A DNA stretch of 64,000 nt from Leucoraja erinacea. Its lineage: Eukaryota. Positions within the stretch are counted from its first letter, which is position 1. Each line of letters begins with the position of its first letter. A model generated the notes under the pieces. That model searched no databases and was not told the origin of the DNA. It saw nothing but the letters and a program-made list of their open reading frames with translations. This document shows, piece after piece, positions 62,484 through 64,000 of this stretch. The stretch spans positions 8,308,001 through 8,372,000 of the forward strand of contig NC_073407.1 of the NCBI RefSeq assembly GCF_028641065.1, given 5' to 3'. The translations under genes were made by a program, and so were the position numbers.

Positions 62484-64000
62484 CTGTGAAAACAATGAAT
62501 AAAAGATGAACGAATAAACAATGAGGTTCAGGCTCAGGTGCCGTGACTCCAAAGCAAACGGCATTCAAGCGGCGTTTGCTGAAGCATTGCATAACAAAAG
62601 GCATTATTCATACTCGTGTTAGCACTGAACTCTTCCCTCCTGGACTGGCAGCCGCGGTGATCTCTCCTTCCTAATCCATCCTTATCCCCGCTCCAAGAGG
62701 CTCCCCACACCTCACCCGCTGGAGTTGTGAATACTTAATAAAATACATTCACTCTAACATCAGCCCATGTCTCGGACATTAATCCACACTCCCAAGAAAG
62801 TGTATGGCAAAGTCAATATATTTTCTATTTCAAACCGATTTCTTTAATGCCAAATGCCAGGAGAAGATACTAACCATCTTCTTGCTATTTCAATTGTTAA
62901 TGCGAGTTAATAGTTAATCGGTTAGTGACTGATTTCCTTAAAGAAGTCTGCTGGATTAAATGCCACGGATAATGGCATCTGTTTGGGCTCATGACCTAAT
63001 GATGAATGGTAGGCATTGAAATCGTGTAGAAACAAAGAACTGCAGTTGCTGGTTAATACATAAAAAGACGCAAAGTGCTGGAGTAATTCAGCAGGTCAGG
63101 CCGCATCTCTGGAGAACATGGATAGGTGACGTTTCGGGTCCAGACCCTTCAGAATTCTTGCTGCCGATGCCTTTCTGGGTGATTCGGGTGGAGTTTTGTG
63201 TTGGTCTTGTTTATGTTCCTCTGCTCGTCGCCCTGTGTTTGAGGCCCTGGGTCATTATATGTATTAACCCTCTCTGTTTCAGTCCCTGTGTTTGTTGTTA
63301 TGTGTATGGGGCCTTCAATGCTTCTTTATTGTCATGTACACACAGCACAGCAAAATTCTTTGGCACAAACTGCAAAGGTACAGTCGCCATATTTTAGCGC
63401 CATTTATAACGAAAAGTCCAAAGTCTAGACCACATGCCGGAAATACTGGAGCGCACACGGTCCAGGGAAACACCTTGTATTCATGGCCTGTGTTTGCATT
63501 TGAAAGCCTGTGTTTGTGTGTGTGTGTTTGAGGTCCTGTGTTTTGTCGTCCTGAGTCTGAGACCTTGTGTTTATAGTCAAAGTGGAGACACAAGGATCTC
63601 CAGTTCAGATGGGGTGAGGTTGAGGAATAACGACACTCTCAGAGACCCGCATCTTAGCTATTATCGGGATCAGTTTGCACCAGGTACTGTTGGAAATGCA
63701 CACTTTGCCACTTAAGAATGCCATTAACCCTTCTGATTCTAATGCATTCCTTATTAATATTGTAGAGCGCATCCTCAATTTTTTTTTTTGTTGAGCTCAA
63801 GCAGATAATTTACAATGCTAAAATAAGTTAATGGAATATTTATAAATGTCTAACATCAACACTGTTGTGTATGCATGATTACTGGAAACAGGCAGCCCTT
63901 ACTCCTATTATTACACATATTTCCCCTTCTTGCACAGGTAATTGCAATGCTAATTATTTGTTCAATTGCATACCGGAATGGTCGCACCCCCCCCCCTTAT

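Overview
Vertebrate nuclear DNA, most likely an elasmobranch (skate/ray), judged from HE1-type V-SINEs and CR1-type LINE tails. Two genes end tail-to-tail. The last two exons of proteasome subunit PSMB7 are on + (8578-8729, 13864-13975). The last five coding exons of the kinase NEK6 are on - (62375-62483, 59200-59307, 42771-42865, 30714-30827, 18701-18811). All splice sites are GT-AG with compatible phases. Apart from partial overlaps with NEK6 exons and TE fragments, the ORF track is spurious. The introns hold V-SINEs, CR1, Rex1/Babar- and L2-like LINE pieces, Penelope-like elements (PLEs) with GIY-YIG remnants and minimal hammerhead-ribozyme motifs, Harbinger-like MITEs, and hAT- and Tc1/pogo-type non-autonomous transposons. 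Most notable: (1) many hammerhead-headed PLE units, often as inverted pairs; (2) a 2.1-kb TA-flanked composite DNA transposon carrying a 700-bp duplication, a 122-bp palindrome and a tRNA-Met-like Pol III cassette; (3) a 1-kb hAT-like element with a 7-bp TSD; (4) a templated 87-bp insertion at a LINE junction; (5) a local inverted duplication; (6) a TE-free intronic block that may be regulatory. I found no new protein-coding system. Repeat family names come from recognition, not database searches, and most repeat boundaries are approximate.
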